A stretch of 64,000 bases of DNA from Octopus vulgaris (Eukaryota). Under the pieces are notes generated by a model, which saw only the letters and a program-made list of their open reading frames with translations, had not been told where the DNA came from and did not search any database. The translations under genes were made by a program, and so were the position numbers. Location of the stretch: NCBI GenBank assembly GCA_951406725.2, contig OX597826.1, forward strand, positions 64,728,001-64,792,000, given 5' to 3'. Of the stretch, positions 13,213 through 25,912 are shown one piece after another. How positions within the stretch are numbered: position 1 is the stretch's first letter; each line of letters opens with the position of its first letter.

Positions 13213-13622
13213 TACGCACAAGTACATATGAATACACACACACACACACATAAATAATAATAATAATGAGCAGAAGATAGAAAAGTAACTTGAAGAGTGA
13301 GAGTTTAATATATTGCATACATCAAAGTAATAAATGCCATGCACGAAACTCTCAACCGTTAAGTCACTTTTGAAGATTAAAAATAATAATAATAATAGTA
13401 ATACGCACACATATACGTCTGTGTGTGTGCGTAAACATCGAACAATGAGAATGAGTGCTCAACACCAAATTGAAGGATAAAGATTCTTTAACTGTGTATT
13501 AAGGCCACCATTGGTTTCAGTTTTTCAAGCCGATCGCATTGAAAAATTGGCGGTCGTCTCCACTTTAATCCAAAATGAAATTCTTCTTAACATGCAACCA
13601 ATGGTAGCCTTAATAAGCAAAT

Positions 13623-13673
<51 letters not shown>

Positions 13674-14008
13674 GATTGCGTGTGTGTGCGTGTGCGCGCG
13701 CGCATATGTGTGCGTGTGTATGTGTGTATAAACTTAATGTAGGTTGCAATGTTTCACAATAAAAGAGAATTATAATTGTCACTAAATGTGACTAGGATGT
13801 TAGGAAACACCTACATTGCTAGCAATAAGAGCTAAAATGCTCTAATGTTGTAGTTAACGCATATAAATGAAAACATATACACTGACAGGGACAATAATTG
13901 TCCGAAAAATACCAACCGAGAATTCTTAAGACTGATGCATCAGTTTTGGCAATTCCTGTTGGTATCAGCAGTTAAGCCAGCTCGGTATTCGGCTATTTCC
14001 GGACCTCA

Positions 14009-14160
14009 GGAAGAAGAAGAAGAAGAAGAAGAAGAAGAAGAAGAAGAAGAAGAAGAAGAAGAAGAAGAAGAAGGAGGAGGAGGAGGAGGAGGAGGAGGAG
14101 AAGGAGGAGAAGAAGAAGAAGAAGAAGAAGAAGAAGAAGAAGAAGAAGAAGAAGAAGAAG
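14009..14160. repeat. (GAA)n/(GGA)n microsatellite
   Basis: Direct reading. Confidence 0.95.
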
Positions 14161-15829
14161 GCTCAATGAAAAAAAACAAGATCAGGGCAATGAACACATG
14201 GACTGTTTCCTTAATGCGATATGGCGCAGGTGTTCTTAAGTAGACAAAGAACGAGCTTGAGGAAATGGACAGGAAAACCAGAAAAGTGATGACAATTAAC
14301 AAGGAACAATACCCAAAAAGCGGTATTGACAAGCTGCATGTGTCTAGGAACAAGGGAAGAGGCCTAACAGGATGTAAGATTTGTGTTGTCAACGAGAACA
14401 GAGTCTAAGATGGTACATCAGGCAGGAGAGTGAATTCTTGCTCACCGCTGTTAGAATTTACAATACAATAGCTAACGAAAATGTGATACAACCACAAACA
14501 TTTAAGAAACAAGATGAAGGAAAAAGAATAAACAATTGGAAAATGAAACCACTGCATGGGCAATATCTCTGAGAAATCAAAAGAAAAGACGAGACCAACA
14601 CTTGGAGATGACTAAGAAAAAGTGATCTGAAAGGATGCACTGAGACATTGCTATGCAGCGCCCAGGAACAAGTTCTTAGAACTCACTACACTAAGTTTCA
14701 AATAGATAAGAGCAGCGAATCGTCTCTTGGTAGGATGTGTGGCAGCAAAAACGAAACAATTTCACATACTGTGAAAAAGCACTACAAAAGGGTTACAAAA
14801 GGAGCCACGATAACGTCGCTAAGTTTGTTCACTGGAGACTGGGAAAAGTACAGCCTGAACAGAGCACGAAAATTGTACGAACGTAGACCTGAAGGAGTCG
14901 CCGAGAACAATGAATATAAGATACTGTGGGATTTTACAATCCAGTGTGACTCCCAAATCGATGCTCGGAAACCAGACATTGTTATGGTAGATAGAGGATA
15001 AAAGAAAACAAAGATTATAGATATTGCAGTACCTGAGGATGCATGCATAAGTAACAAAGAACTAGAAAAGATGGAAAAGTACAGACTATTAAAAGATGAA
15101 ATTGCAAGAATGTGGACTAAGAGGAGAGCGTCTGTCAATCCCAGTTGCTGTAGGGGCACTGGAAGTAGAAACAACCAAGTTCGAGAAATATGTCAGAGAA
15201 ATCGGAATTGACATGAGAGCAGAGCAATCCCAAAAATCTGTTCTGCTGGGGACAGCTAGGATTTTGAGATTGGTACATGGATGTTGAATGTCACCAACGA
15301 TAATTAACAACCAAGTCGGAGCACTCCGTCGGTTACGACGACGAGGGTTCCGGTTGATCCGAATCAACGGAACAGCCTGCTCGTGAAATTAACGTGTAAG
15401 TGGCTGAGCACTCCACAGACACGTGTACCCTTAACGTAGTTCTCGGGGATATTCAGCGTGACACAGAGAGTGACAAGGCCGGCCCTTTGAAATACAGGTA
15501 CAACAGAAACAGGAAGTAAGAGTGAGAGAAAGTTGTGGTGAAAGAGTACAGCAGGGATCACCACCATCCCCTGCCGGAGCCTCGTGGAGCTCTTTTAGGT
15601 GTTTTCGCTCAATAAAAACTAACAACGCCCGGTCTCGGAATCGAAACCGCGATCTTATGACCGCGAGTCCGCTGCCCTAACCACTGGGCCATTGCGCCTC
15701 CACTAACAACCAAGTATCAAAGCTTATAATGTGTGGAAAGAGACCCAGTGAGATCTCTTACAATAGGCTGTTGTTCACTCTCACTGAATCAACCAGGGCA
15801 AACAAGACCGAGCACTCTGGGAAGTACAA
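14161..15829 (+). mobile_element. Decayed R4/Dong-clade LINE, 3' portion (RT thumb, degenerate zinc knuckle, PD-(D/E)xK endonuclease, 3'UTR)
   Basis: KNKIRAMNTW...MRYGAG; LCSAQEQVLRT; RMCGSKNETISH; ILWDFTIQCD...RKPDIV; IIDIAVPED...KELEKMEKY; GTARILR; many stops and frameshifts. Confidence 0.9.
15317..15703 (-). mobile_element. SINE family B, tail type 1, inserted in the LINE 3'UTR
   Basis: Full copy with 12-bp TSD TAACAACCAAGT (15305-15316 / 15704-15715). Confidence 0.92.
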
Positions 15830-15839
15830 CAATAATAGT

Positions 15840-16243
15840 AATCCTTTCTACTATAGGCACAATGCCTGAAAATTGCGGGGAGGGGCAAGTCGGATACATC
15901 GATCCCAGTGCGTAGCTGGTACGTACTTATTTCATCGACTCCGAAAGGATGCAAGGCAAAGTGGAACTTGGCGGAATTTGAACTCAGAACGTAGCGGCAG
16001 ACGAAATACCTATTTCATTACTACCCACAAGGGGGGAAACACAGAGAGGACAAACAAGGACAGACAAACGGATTAAATCGATTATATCGACCCCAGTGCG
16101 TAACTGGTACTTAGTTTATCGACCCTGGATGGATGAAAGGCAAAGTCAACCTCGGCGGAATTTGAACTCAGAATGTAACGGCAGACGAAATACCGCTATG
16201 CATTTCGCCCGGCGTGCTAACGTTTCTGCCAGCTCGCCGCCTT
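15840..16243 (-). mobile_element. SINE family C tandem dimer
   Basis: Headed unit plus headless unit joined at GAAATACCTATTTC (16003-16016). Confidence 0.85.
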
Positions 16244-16706
16244 AATGACAATCTGCCGCTGCCCAACTAGCTGTCTTTATCATCGTTTCTGTCGTTGAAA
16301 TGTCATTGTTGTTTGTTTTAACAGCGACATCAAGTACCAAAGATGACATTTAATTAATTATAATTATCGACCGATGTAGTCACCACTCAACTAACCTCGC
16401 ACAGTTTGTCAAATTTGTCACCTAAAACACGCAGGTCATTCACTTCTAACCTTGAAGTCAATTTTCAGACATAATAATTAACATTTTTTTCAAATAAAGT
16501 CTAAATAATATTTGTTCTTTTAATATTTTTTTTTATCATCAACCCCATTATAAAAGAATTTATTAATATGAAAATACGTTTTTCTCTTCGTTCAAAATAT
16601 TTTATTGCAAAATCGTTTCGTAGGGAAAATATTTCTTCAAAACACATGTACAAATACATATACACATACATGCACACACACACACACAAACACAGACACC
16701 CACTCA

Positions 16707-16750
<44 letters not shown>

Positions 16751-16835
16751 ACAAAAGCATACAGTATGACATACGGCAAAATAAAAGGAAATAAATTTTG
16801 AGGATGAACCAATCTCCATATTTTCTATCGTTATG

Positions 16836-16895
<60 letters not shown>

Positions 16896-16930
16896 TATAT
16901 ATATATACATACACATACATACATATGTGC

Positions 16931-16988
<58 letters not shown>

Positions 16989-17155
16989 GTAGTTATATAT
17001 ACAAAATATACCATTTGTTTCACATCTACTATTGCACTTTGTAATAGACATGAAACCAACGGTAACTTATTTGATTACATACAATATAACTGTTCAAAGA
17101 CCTTTTTAGAAAGTGTTTTATTCCAACCTATGGGCAACTGATCGCTTTATGTATT

Positions 17156-17199
<44 letters not shown>

Positions 17200-17399
17200 C
17201 ACACTAACTGAATAACTTATATATATATCCAAATCCAAAGGATGGAACAAGAACGGTTGACAATAAAACATACGGACAGATAGATGATAAAAAGACGGAC
17301 AAGAACAAACAAGGACTGGTCATTCGCAGCAATCTCTTCTCAATCAAAAAAACAGAAAATCACACCGGTTTCGGCCAAACACTTTTGCTCACCTTGTAA

Positions 17400-17453
<54 letters not shown>

Positions 17454-17523
17454 GAAATATGTTACGAAAATAAAATATAAAATACACGTGGAAATGTAAG
17501 GGTAAAACTGTAAAAATGTAAGG

Positions 17524-17588
<65 letters not shown>

Positions 17589-17590
17589 TA

Positions 17591-18168
17591 CTAACTGAAT
17601 TACCCGGCGTTGTCCGAATAACTGATGTTCTTATTCAGATTAGTAAACAATAAATATGAAGATATTTTTTTCCATAATTATTTAAAAATATCTATATTTT
17701 ATTTTAAAATATCCAAATTGTAATAGTAGAATTTAAAACTGAAAATCTGTCAATCTTGAAGCACCTCAGGGTAAACAATATTCATTGTGTAATTTTTTGT
17801 TGATGACCAAATGAATAAATTGTTGCTGCTTCCAACTCGTGAGCAACCAGCATAAAGTTGGCCGTGGGGGAAGCATGTAGTAGAGAGATGAAGTCTAACT
17901 ACCTTGAAGGATTGACCTTGAGATTTGTTAATTACCAAAACTTAATTTGACTGGAAACTGAAACCTCTTAAATTGAAATGGAACATCTGTAGGTATGAGA
18001 GGAAATTTTGGAATAAAGACATTTTCTTCTTTGTGACTACTTGGTACGATTGTTGCCTGTAGGACATGGGTCTTCATGGAAGTAACAATGAAGTGAGTTC
18101 CATTACAGAGGCGATGTGGGTCAAGATTCCTTAGCAACATAATGGAGCATCCAGCTTTTGTGTCAAGT
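17591..18168 (-). mobile_element. Autonomous Helitron 3' remnant (PIF1-family helicase C-terminus, decayed) with 3' terminus
   Basis: MLLRNLDPHRLCNGT...FQFKRFQFPVKLSF; INKSQGQSF...HGQLYAGCSRV...NIVYPEVL; 3' end CGGACAACGCCGGG...TTAG. Confidence 0.88.
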
Positions 18169-18267
18169 TATGTATGTATGTATGTATGTATGTATGTATG
18201 TATGTATGTATGTATGTATGTATGTATGTATGTATGCTTGTATGTATGCTTGTATGTATGTGTATGT

Positions 18268-18810
18268 CAGGTCACTTTCGAGTGCTACTGGTAACATGTA
18301 ACCCAGTACAACCTGTTGCATGGTTGGGTCGTCGGCGACTAAACCGGCAACCCCACCAAACTTGCTTGGTGAGGAGGGTGTTTATTGGACACCCTGCGGG
18401 ATGAAAAACAAAACCCGTCAAAGAGCGGAGGAACTCTTGAGAATCAACGGCCATCCAATAAATGTCTTAAGGCTGTAATCATGCGCGGGGACATAGAAAT
18501 AATCGGACTGAATACCCGATCGTGCCTTTAAACCATTGGGAGTGAAGTACTCCTAGCCTTTGTTAGGGCATCCTTCTAGGAGAAGGTAACTGGGATAACT
18601 CCGACATAAAACCTGCGGCTCAGTGGTTACCGATGATGTTGACTTGTTCTTCTTTTCGGATTATGGCTGCTGCTGCTTAGTGAGTGGGATTGACTCAGTG
18701 CACAGCCTTTCCTCACTTTAAAAAAAATATTCTTGCACAAGCATTGCACGATAACAACATTGATTAAGCTTCGTGCAATGGCCATACTCGATAACGAGGG
18801 GGCAGCCACC
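18268..18810 (+). mobile_element. RTE-LINE 5'UTR-like non-autonomous element inside (TATG)n
   Basis: GGGCATCCTTCTAGGAGAAGGTAACT...AAACC resembles RTE-clade 5'UTR motifs; second copy at 679-841; (TATG)n on both sides. Confidence 0.5.
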
Positions 18811-19465
18811 ATGTATGTATATATGCTTGTATGTATGTATGTATGTATGTATGTATGTATGTATGTATGTATGTATGTATGTATGTATGTATGTATGTAT
18901 GTATGTATGTACTGGCAATATATATGTTCAGGGAGCAATGAATCACCTTTAACCAGGTGTCGGAAGATCTGCCCAGGGTTAAACTAGTAATAACATGGAA
19001 CAGCAACACTGATGTGGCGATTAACCTTAATTGTTAGTATAGTTACTAGTCTCGTCTCTTATTGGGAATTTACAACTGACTACTTTGCTTGTTGCAAATC
19101 AGTGACTGATGGTTGCTTTTTTTTTATAATTTATTGCTAGCTGGAACGGACTCTAGCCACCAGTTTGGCGATCAGGTGTTCGCGACTGAGAATGAGCAAA
19201 CAAGATCGGAACCGAATTGGTCTCGCGATCCTTTTCAGGGTGCAGTGCTGCACCGATAACCAGCTGGCGGAAGATCTGCCTGGGGTTAAAGTAGGAGTAA
19301 CATGGAACACCCTACACACTGATGTGGCGATTAACTTTATCTACTGTTAATCACAATTATTTCGCCTTTGTCCACTTTATCAGCTTTCTATTATCATCTG
19401 GCACTCCGGGTTTTTTGCTCACATGCAAACACACACGTGCGCGCACACACACACACACACACACT

Positions 19466-19511
<46 letters not shown>

Positions 19512-19911
19512 ACGCAGAGCCAACTCCCTCACCAACCAAGGCCACGATACTTACAAACTTGTTCGCCTGTGTACAAACGCCACTCCTTTCCATACTCACT
19601 TCCCGGCACCCTCACCCACAGATACATTCATATATTTTAATCTACGCACCCCGTCCTTCTTCCTTTGCTGTGTACAACAACATTCCCACTTGCTTTCTAA
19701 CATTTCTTTTTCACGGAATACTTTTTTCTCTTTTTTTCAACTTCTCTATTTCCTATGCTTCGTTATTTCTTTCTTCTGATGCGGGATTAACAGAAAGGTT
19801 AAACGCTTTCACTTTCCATTGAAGTGTTAAGCTAATATCTTATTTTCAAACCTTTTCCCTTCTTTTTATTGTACATTACATTTATTCTTTCGTTCACTAA
19901 ATATATATATA

Positions 19912-20220
19912 TTGTTGTTGTTTGTACCTTCTCGATCCACGCCTGGCTCATAGGGCCGGTTTCCCGGTTTCCTTGGCGTATAGGTTCCCCACCTGGACGA
20001 GACGCCGGTCCATCGCAGGTGAGCTGCAAGATGCAGGAGGAAAGAGTGAGAGAAAGTTGTGGCAAAAGAGTCAGCAGAAGATCGCTATTACTTTCTGCCG
20101 GAGCCGCGTGGAGCTTTGGTGTTTCGCTCATAAACACACATATTACCCGGTCTGAGATTCGAACCCGCGATCCCTCGACCGTGAGTCCGCTGCTCTAACC
20201 ACAAGGCCATGTGCCTCCAC
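19912..20220 (-). mobile_element. SINE family B-like head with tail type 3
   Basis: Minus strand GTGGAGGCACATGGCC head; body CCTGCGATGGACCGGCGTCTCGTCCAGG...GAAACCGGG; (CAA)n tail. Confidence 0.75.
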
Positions 20221-20225
20221 ACACA

Positions 20226-20284
<59 letters not shown>

Positions 20285-20287
20285 TAA

Positions 20288-20502
20288 GGCGGTGAGCTGG
20301 CAGAAACGTTAGCACACCGGTCGAAATGCGTAGCCGTATTTCGTCTGCTGTTACGTTCTGAGTTCAAATTCCGCCGAGGTCGACTTTGCCTTTCATCCTT
20401 TCGGGGTCGATAAATTAAGTACCAGTTACGCACTAGGGTCGATATAATCGGCTTAATCTGTTTGTCCCCTCTGTGTTTAGCCCCTTGTGGGTAGTTAAGA
20501 AA
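20288..20502 (+). mobile_element. SINE family C
   Basis: GGCGGTGAGCTGGCAGAAACGTTAGC head, GAGTTCAAATTCC B-box, GCCTTTCATCCTTTCGGGGTCGATAAA core. Confidence 0.9.
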
Positions 20503-20521
20503 TATATATATATATACTAAA

Positions 20522-20817
20522 GTGGAGGCGCAATGGCCTAGTGGTTAGGGCAGCAGGTTCGTCGTTTCGATTCCCAGACCGGGCGTTGTGTGTGTTTATT
20601 GAGCGAAAACACCTAAAAGCTCCACGAGGCTCCGGCAGGGGGTAGTGGCGAACCCTGCCGTACTCTTTCACCACTCTTTCTCCCACTCTTTCTTCTGTTG
20701 GCCTGCTCGCTTAGCCAGCGGGGTGGCGTCATTCGAAGGCTAAAACAATGCGAACGCATTGTGACCAGCGATGTGTAACAACATCTGATGGTCTGGTCGG
20801 TCACGTGATCACGTGAT
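20522..20817 (+). mobile_element. SINE family B, tail type 2
   Basis: Matches 2342-2628. Confidence 0.88.
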
Positions 20818-21190
20818 ATATATACTAAAAAGTCTAATTAATAATGATATTGACTATTTAAATTGATGAACTTAATTAATTAACTAACGAAAAGAAAATC
20901 AAGTACTGGGGTCGATTCAGTCAGCTAAAAATTCTTCAAAGCAGTGCTCCAGCAAGGCCTGACTAAAACAAGTAAAAGATAAAGATAAAATATAAAATAT
21001 CTTTTACTTGTATCAGTCATTAAACTGCGGTCATGCTGGGGTATCGCCTTGAAAAATTTTAGTCAAACGAATCAACATCAGTAATAATTGTTAAGTTTTG
21101 TATCACTCTTTTACCGAACCGCTACGTTATGGTGACGTAAAACACACTGACATAAAACACACACACACACACACACACACATACACACAC

Positions 21191-21236
<46 letters not shown>

Positions 21237-21747
21237 ATATATATGCATTGTTACTCCCACGTGACTGATGCTCGACCAAACATGATTTTTCTTTCTTAGC
21301 CTGACCACCCCTCGCACAATACCTCATTTTCCTGTCTCCTGACTGTCGTCTATGTTTGTTGCCGCAAGGCTCCCACTTCACACGCCAGCTTAACTTCACT
21401 TGTTCTTTTATTCGAAAGACACCTGTTGTTATTCTTGTTGTTTGTATTTTTAATTGTGTAACACTTTCTTTGTTTTCTCGTTTTCTTTTTTGTCCGTATT
21501 ATCGCACATATTCGCTCGCTTTCTTCCAAAACTTTAATGCTCTTAGCTTAAATATTTGGGGCCTACCAATTTTGAACAGTCTCAAGTGTAACAGGCCGAA
21601 ACTGTAATGATGATTGGAAGATTGACTGATGAATAGAAACCACGAATGTTCCATCCTGGTTTTCCTGTCCGTCTTTGTATCGTCCATCTGTCCGTATGTT
21701 TCGATTGTCGTACGTTACGTTCTTGTTCCGTTTTTTTTTTGGTGGGG

Positions 21748-21815
<68 letters not shown>

Positions 21816-21840
21816 TATATGTATACATATGTATATATAT

Positions 21841-23028
21841 TGTTACGACCTGGTGGCCATAACCCGAAATTACGGATTCAACGAGGATAGGGTGAACCCA
21901 AAACAACAATACACTATGAAATTTTTTGCAAAATATTATTAACAATTGTCAACATGGAAAAAACAGCCTACATACAAAAACAAATATATACACGAACAAA
22001 AAAAAACAATGCCACACCAGACGTGCAGTCAAAATATTTACAAAGGTAACATATTATACAGTTCAGAAATTCGGACTCAAAATCTCGGCTTCACCAACTT
22101 GATTTCACAAACTGGGATCCGTAACTCTGGATTCACAATTTTTGGTTTCACCAAAATTGGCCTCACACAAAACCTGGTCTCACAATTTTGTTTTTTTTTT
22201 AAAGATGGATTCCAAAAATTTGGATTTCATAAAATTTGGATTTCCATTTTAGTACAAATTCGGTTTTCGAACCTTGGAATTCGAACCTTGGACCTAAGCA
22301 TAAATAAATCTAATGTCAAAGCAACCATTTAAACTTAAACGCTCATGTCACAAAATGGTTGCCAGTCAATCAAAAAATGTAGTTAGCTTTAAATTCACAC
22401 AAAACTGCTTCATACAAGTATACTGAGTAACCATCAGACAAAATTTACAGTTAGTAGTATAATACAAAAATTTGGCTACATGGAAAATTTATTCATACAC
22501 CCTTTAGCTATTTATATAAATTTTAACATTTATCTCAACGGAAAATAGCTAGCAAAATTACTACACAACCCGCCACAAATGCAGGGTTCAAATTTCACAT
22601 AAGTATTACAACATAGCATAACTTAAGAGATTTTTTTACTCACCCAGATGTGACACAGAAATTATTTTAAAACTGACAAGCAAAAAGTTCTGGCGAATTC
22701 CTGGAGCATAAAATAATTCCATAAATACCCAACACAAAGCACAAAGTGCATGAACTAAGCAAGCAATCATAGCTTCCAGAATCCAACTGAACCTTGTCTC
22801 ATAGAAAAAAACTCATTTCTTTATTATTCGCAGCGGTGCTCAGTAGACAAGTTAAACACACTAGCCGGCAGTGGCTAAAACGCGAACCAATCAAGTCTTT
22901 GTATAAATTTTCTTTTTATATGTTTGTTTCCTCTTACACAATATTCAAACAACGGCAAAAAATTTTCTGAAGCGGCACCCCCGCTAATTTTATCTACGAG
23001 CCGCCACTGTTCGAGACCCTCGGTCACA
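21841..23028 (-). mobile_element. Probable solo LTR (Gypsy-like)
   Basis: TG...CA termini with short inverted ends TGTTACGACC / GGTCACA; flanks ATAT / ATAG resemble a 4-bp TSD; about 1.19 kb and non-coding. Confidence 0.5.
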
Positions 23029-23052
23029 ATAGATGTGTGTGTGTGTGTATGT

Positions 23053-23117
<65 letters not shown>

Positions 23118-24122
23118 CGTGCGTGCGTGCGTGCTTATATATGTATGTATGTATGAATGTGGTTTGAGATGTGGCTGAATATGATCAGTAACATGTAAAG
23201 ATGAAACAAATTAAAAATTTGTCATTGCAACACAAGACATTGTGTTGCATGCAAAATACGGCCTTTCGACTTACGTATTCGGTGGAAGCCAGGTTTTAAG
23301 AAACACTGTCCTACCTGGTTTCACTTCCTATACTGAAGCTTTTGAGAAAAATCTTGCAATGACTAATTTTAAATTTGTTTAATTTTTACGTGTCATTGAT
23401 CATGTTCAACCACAGCTCAAACCAAATTGAGCTCACCCATCCTTAAAGGCATTGTGTATGTAACCATCCTCTTTCACTTAGATACGTGAGTCTTTTACTT
23501 TAGCAGTTATTTGACTACATCCATACTGAGGCACCACCATGAAGGGTTTAGTCGACCAAATCGACTCCGGTGTTTATGATTTTGAAGTATGGTATTTATT
23601 CTAGCGGGCTCTTTCACCGGACCGCCAATGTGAACGGGGTGTAGACAAACCAACACCGGTTGTCAAGCGGCGTGGAGTCAACGGCTAAAGCATAGACTCA
23701 CATATACACACATATATACATACATATTATGCATGTGTTATACAATTTATATTACATGCAAAACATATACCTTTTACCTTTTACTTGTTTCAGTCATTTG
23801 ACTGCGGCCATACTGGGGCACCGTTTTGAAGAATTTTTAATCGAATGAATCGAACCCAGTACTTAGTTTTTTTTTTCAAAACTTGGTATTATTTTATTAT
23901 CTCTTTTGCCGAACCACTAAGTCGTAAACGCACTAACACCGGGCTTCTTTCAGTTTCCATCTACCAAATCTGCTTACAAGGCTTCGGTAGGCGCGAGGCA
24001 ATAGCTGAAGACAACCGACCAAGGTGCCACACAGAGGGACTGAATCAAGAATCATGTGGTTGGGAAGCAATTTTCTTACTACATAGCCATACCTTTATAA
24101 ATATGCATGCATACATGTATAC

Positions 24123-24358
24123 GGATCTTTGTGGTAATCGCCACTGCATACTCTCTTTTACTCTTTTACTTGTTTCAGTCATTTGACTGCGACCATGCTG
24201 GAGCACCGCCTTTAATCGAGCAACTCGACCCCGGGACCTATTCTTTTGTAAGCCCAGTACTTATTCTATCGGTCTCTTTTGCCGAACCGCTAAGTAACGG
24301 GGACATAAACACACCAGCAATGCTAGGGGGACAAACAAAGACACACAAACACACACAC

Positions 24359-24420
<62 letters not shown>

Positions 24421-25532
24421 CCACTCACAAGGCTTTTGTCAGCCCGAGGCTATAGTAGAAGACATTTGCCCAAGGTGCCACGCAGTGGGACTGAACCCGG
24501 AACCATGTGGTTGGTAAACAAGCTACTTACCACACAGCCACTCCTGCGCCCATGTCGAAATCTTTAAAAAAATTTTTCAATGAATCACATAGATGTACTT
24601 TTTGACATTGAATCCGAATTTGTTATTCATTTATTCCAGAAAAATGTTGCGAAAATGTTACAGGTGTTCAAAGTTTGATAATTTTCAAAATAATCAGCCA
24701 ATCAAAAAACAGCGCGTTCGCTGCCTCTTCCATCATCTGTCCCAGTAGCGAGGAAGTGATGGCGGGAGGGCACCCGCATGTCAAAACATTAACTAGCTAC
24801 AGTAAACGGTAAAAATCATAAAAGATTCGCGAGCAAATTAAATATTTAAAAGCCACAAGTAAACCAACAGCAGTTGCGAGAAATAACAGTCAAAAAATTA
24901 AAATATACACGAGCAAAGTAAACAGTGAAAAACATTAAAACAATCGCGAGCAAATTAAATATTCAAAAGCTACGGGCAAACCAGCAGGAGTTGCTAGAAA
25001 TAACAATCAAAATATTGCTTAAAACAGACATTTATTAGTTAAAAAACTCAAGAACGAAAGTTTGCAATACACTCTAGGATTTTATAAAATAGATTATCTT
25101 TCTCATATCTCTTTCTCGACATAAACTCACAAAGATAAGAGTCAACCATGGAACGGTGTGTCCCACACCGGCGCTTGTTTCTACGCTTTAAAGATGCCCC
25201 AAGTACTCTCAGTTTGTTGATTACACTCAATTTGGCGGTTACACTCCTTGTGCGCATGCGCAGTATCTACGGTTACTATGGAAACAGAATTCTTCGCAAT
25301 CGGCTATGGAACACGTGGTGCTTCTTTGCTTAATATGCTAACAGAACTTCACGGTTCTGAATTGGCTAAAATAACTAAATTTTGCAAATTTTAAAGGCTA
25401 ATAACTTTTTAATTATAATTTTATAGGGAAAATGAATATCATTTTCATAAATGGTATACAAAAGTTAATCCATATACCAAATTTGAAAAAAATTGGAAAA
25501 TCGTAGACAACTGACGTTAACCACAAAGATCC
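24123..25532. mobile_element. Non-autonomous DNA transposon with TIRs, containing a nested SINE A
   Basis: Left GGATCTTTGTGGTAATCGCCA, right TGACGTTAACCACAAAGATCC; internal direct subrepeat (24785-24900 vs about 24900-25010). Confidence 0.65.
24151..24550 (-). mobile_element. SINE family A
   Basis: Near full-length copy. Confidence 0.9.
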
Positions 25533-25536
25533 CATA

Positions 25537-25912
25537 ATACATACATACATACATACATACATACATACATACATACATACATACATACATACATGCACAC
25601 ACCATATACACATACATAAATGCATACATACATACATACATACATACACATACACACACACATACATACATATATACATACATACACACACACATACATA
25701 CATACATACATACATACACATACACACACACATATATACATACATACATACATACATACACACACACATACATACATACACACACACACATACATACACA
25801 CACACACATACATACATACATACATACATACATACATACATACATACATACATACATACATACATACATACATACATACATACATACATACATACATACA
25901 TACATACATACA
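25537..25912. repeat. (TACA)n/(CA)n compound microsatellite
   Basis: Direct reading. Confidence 0.95.
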
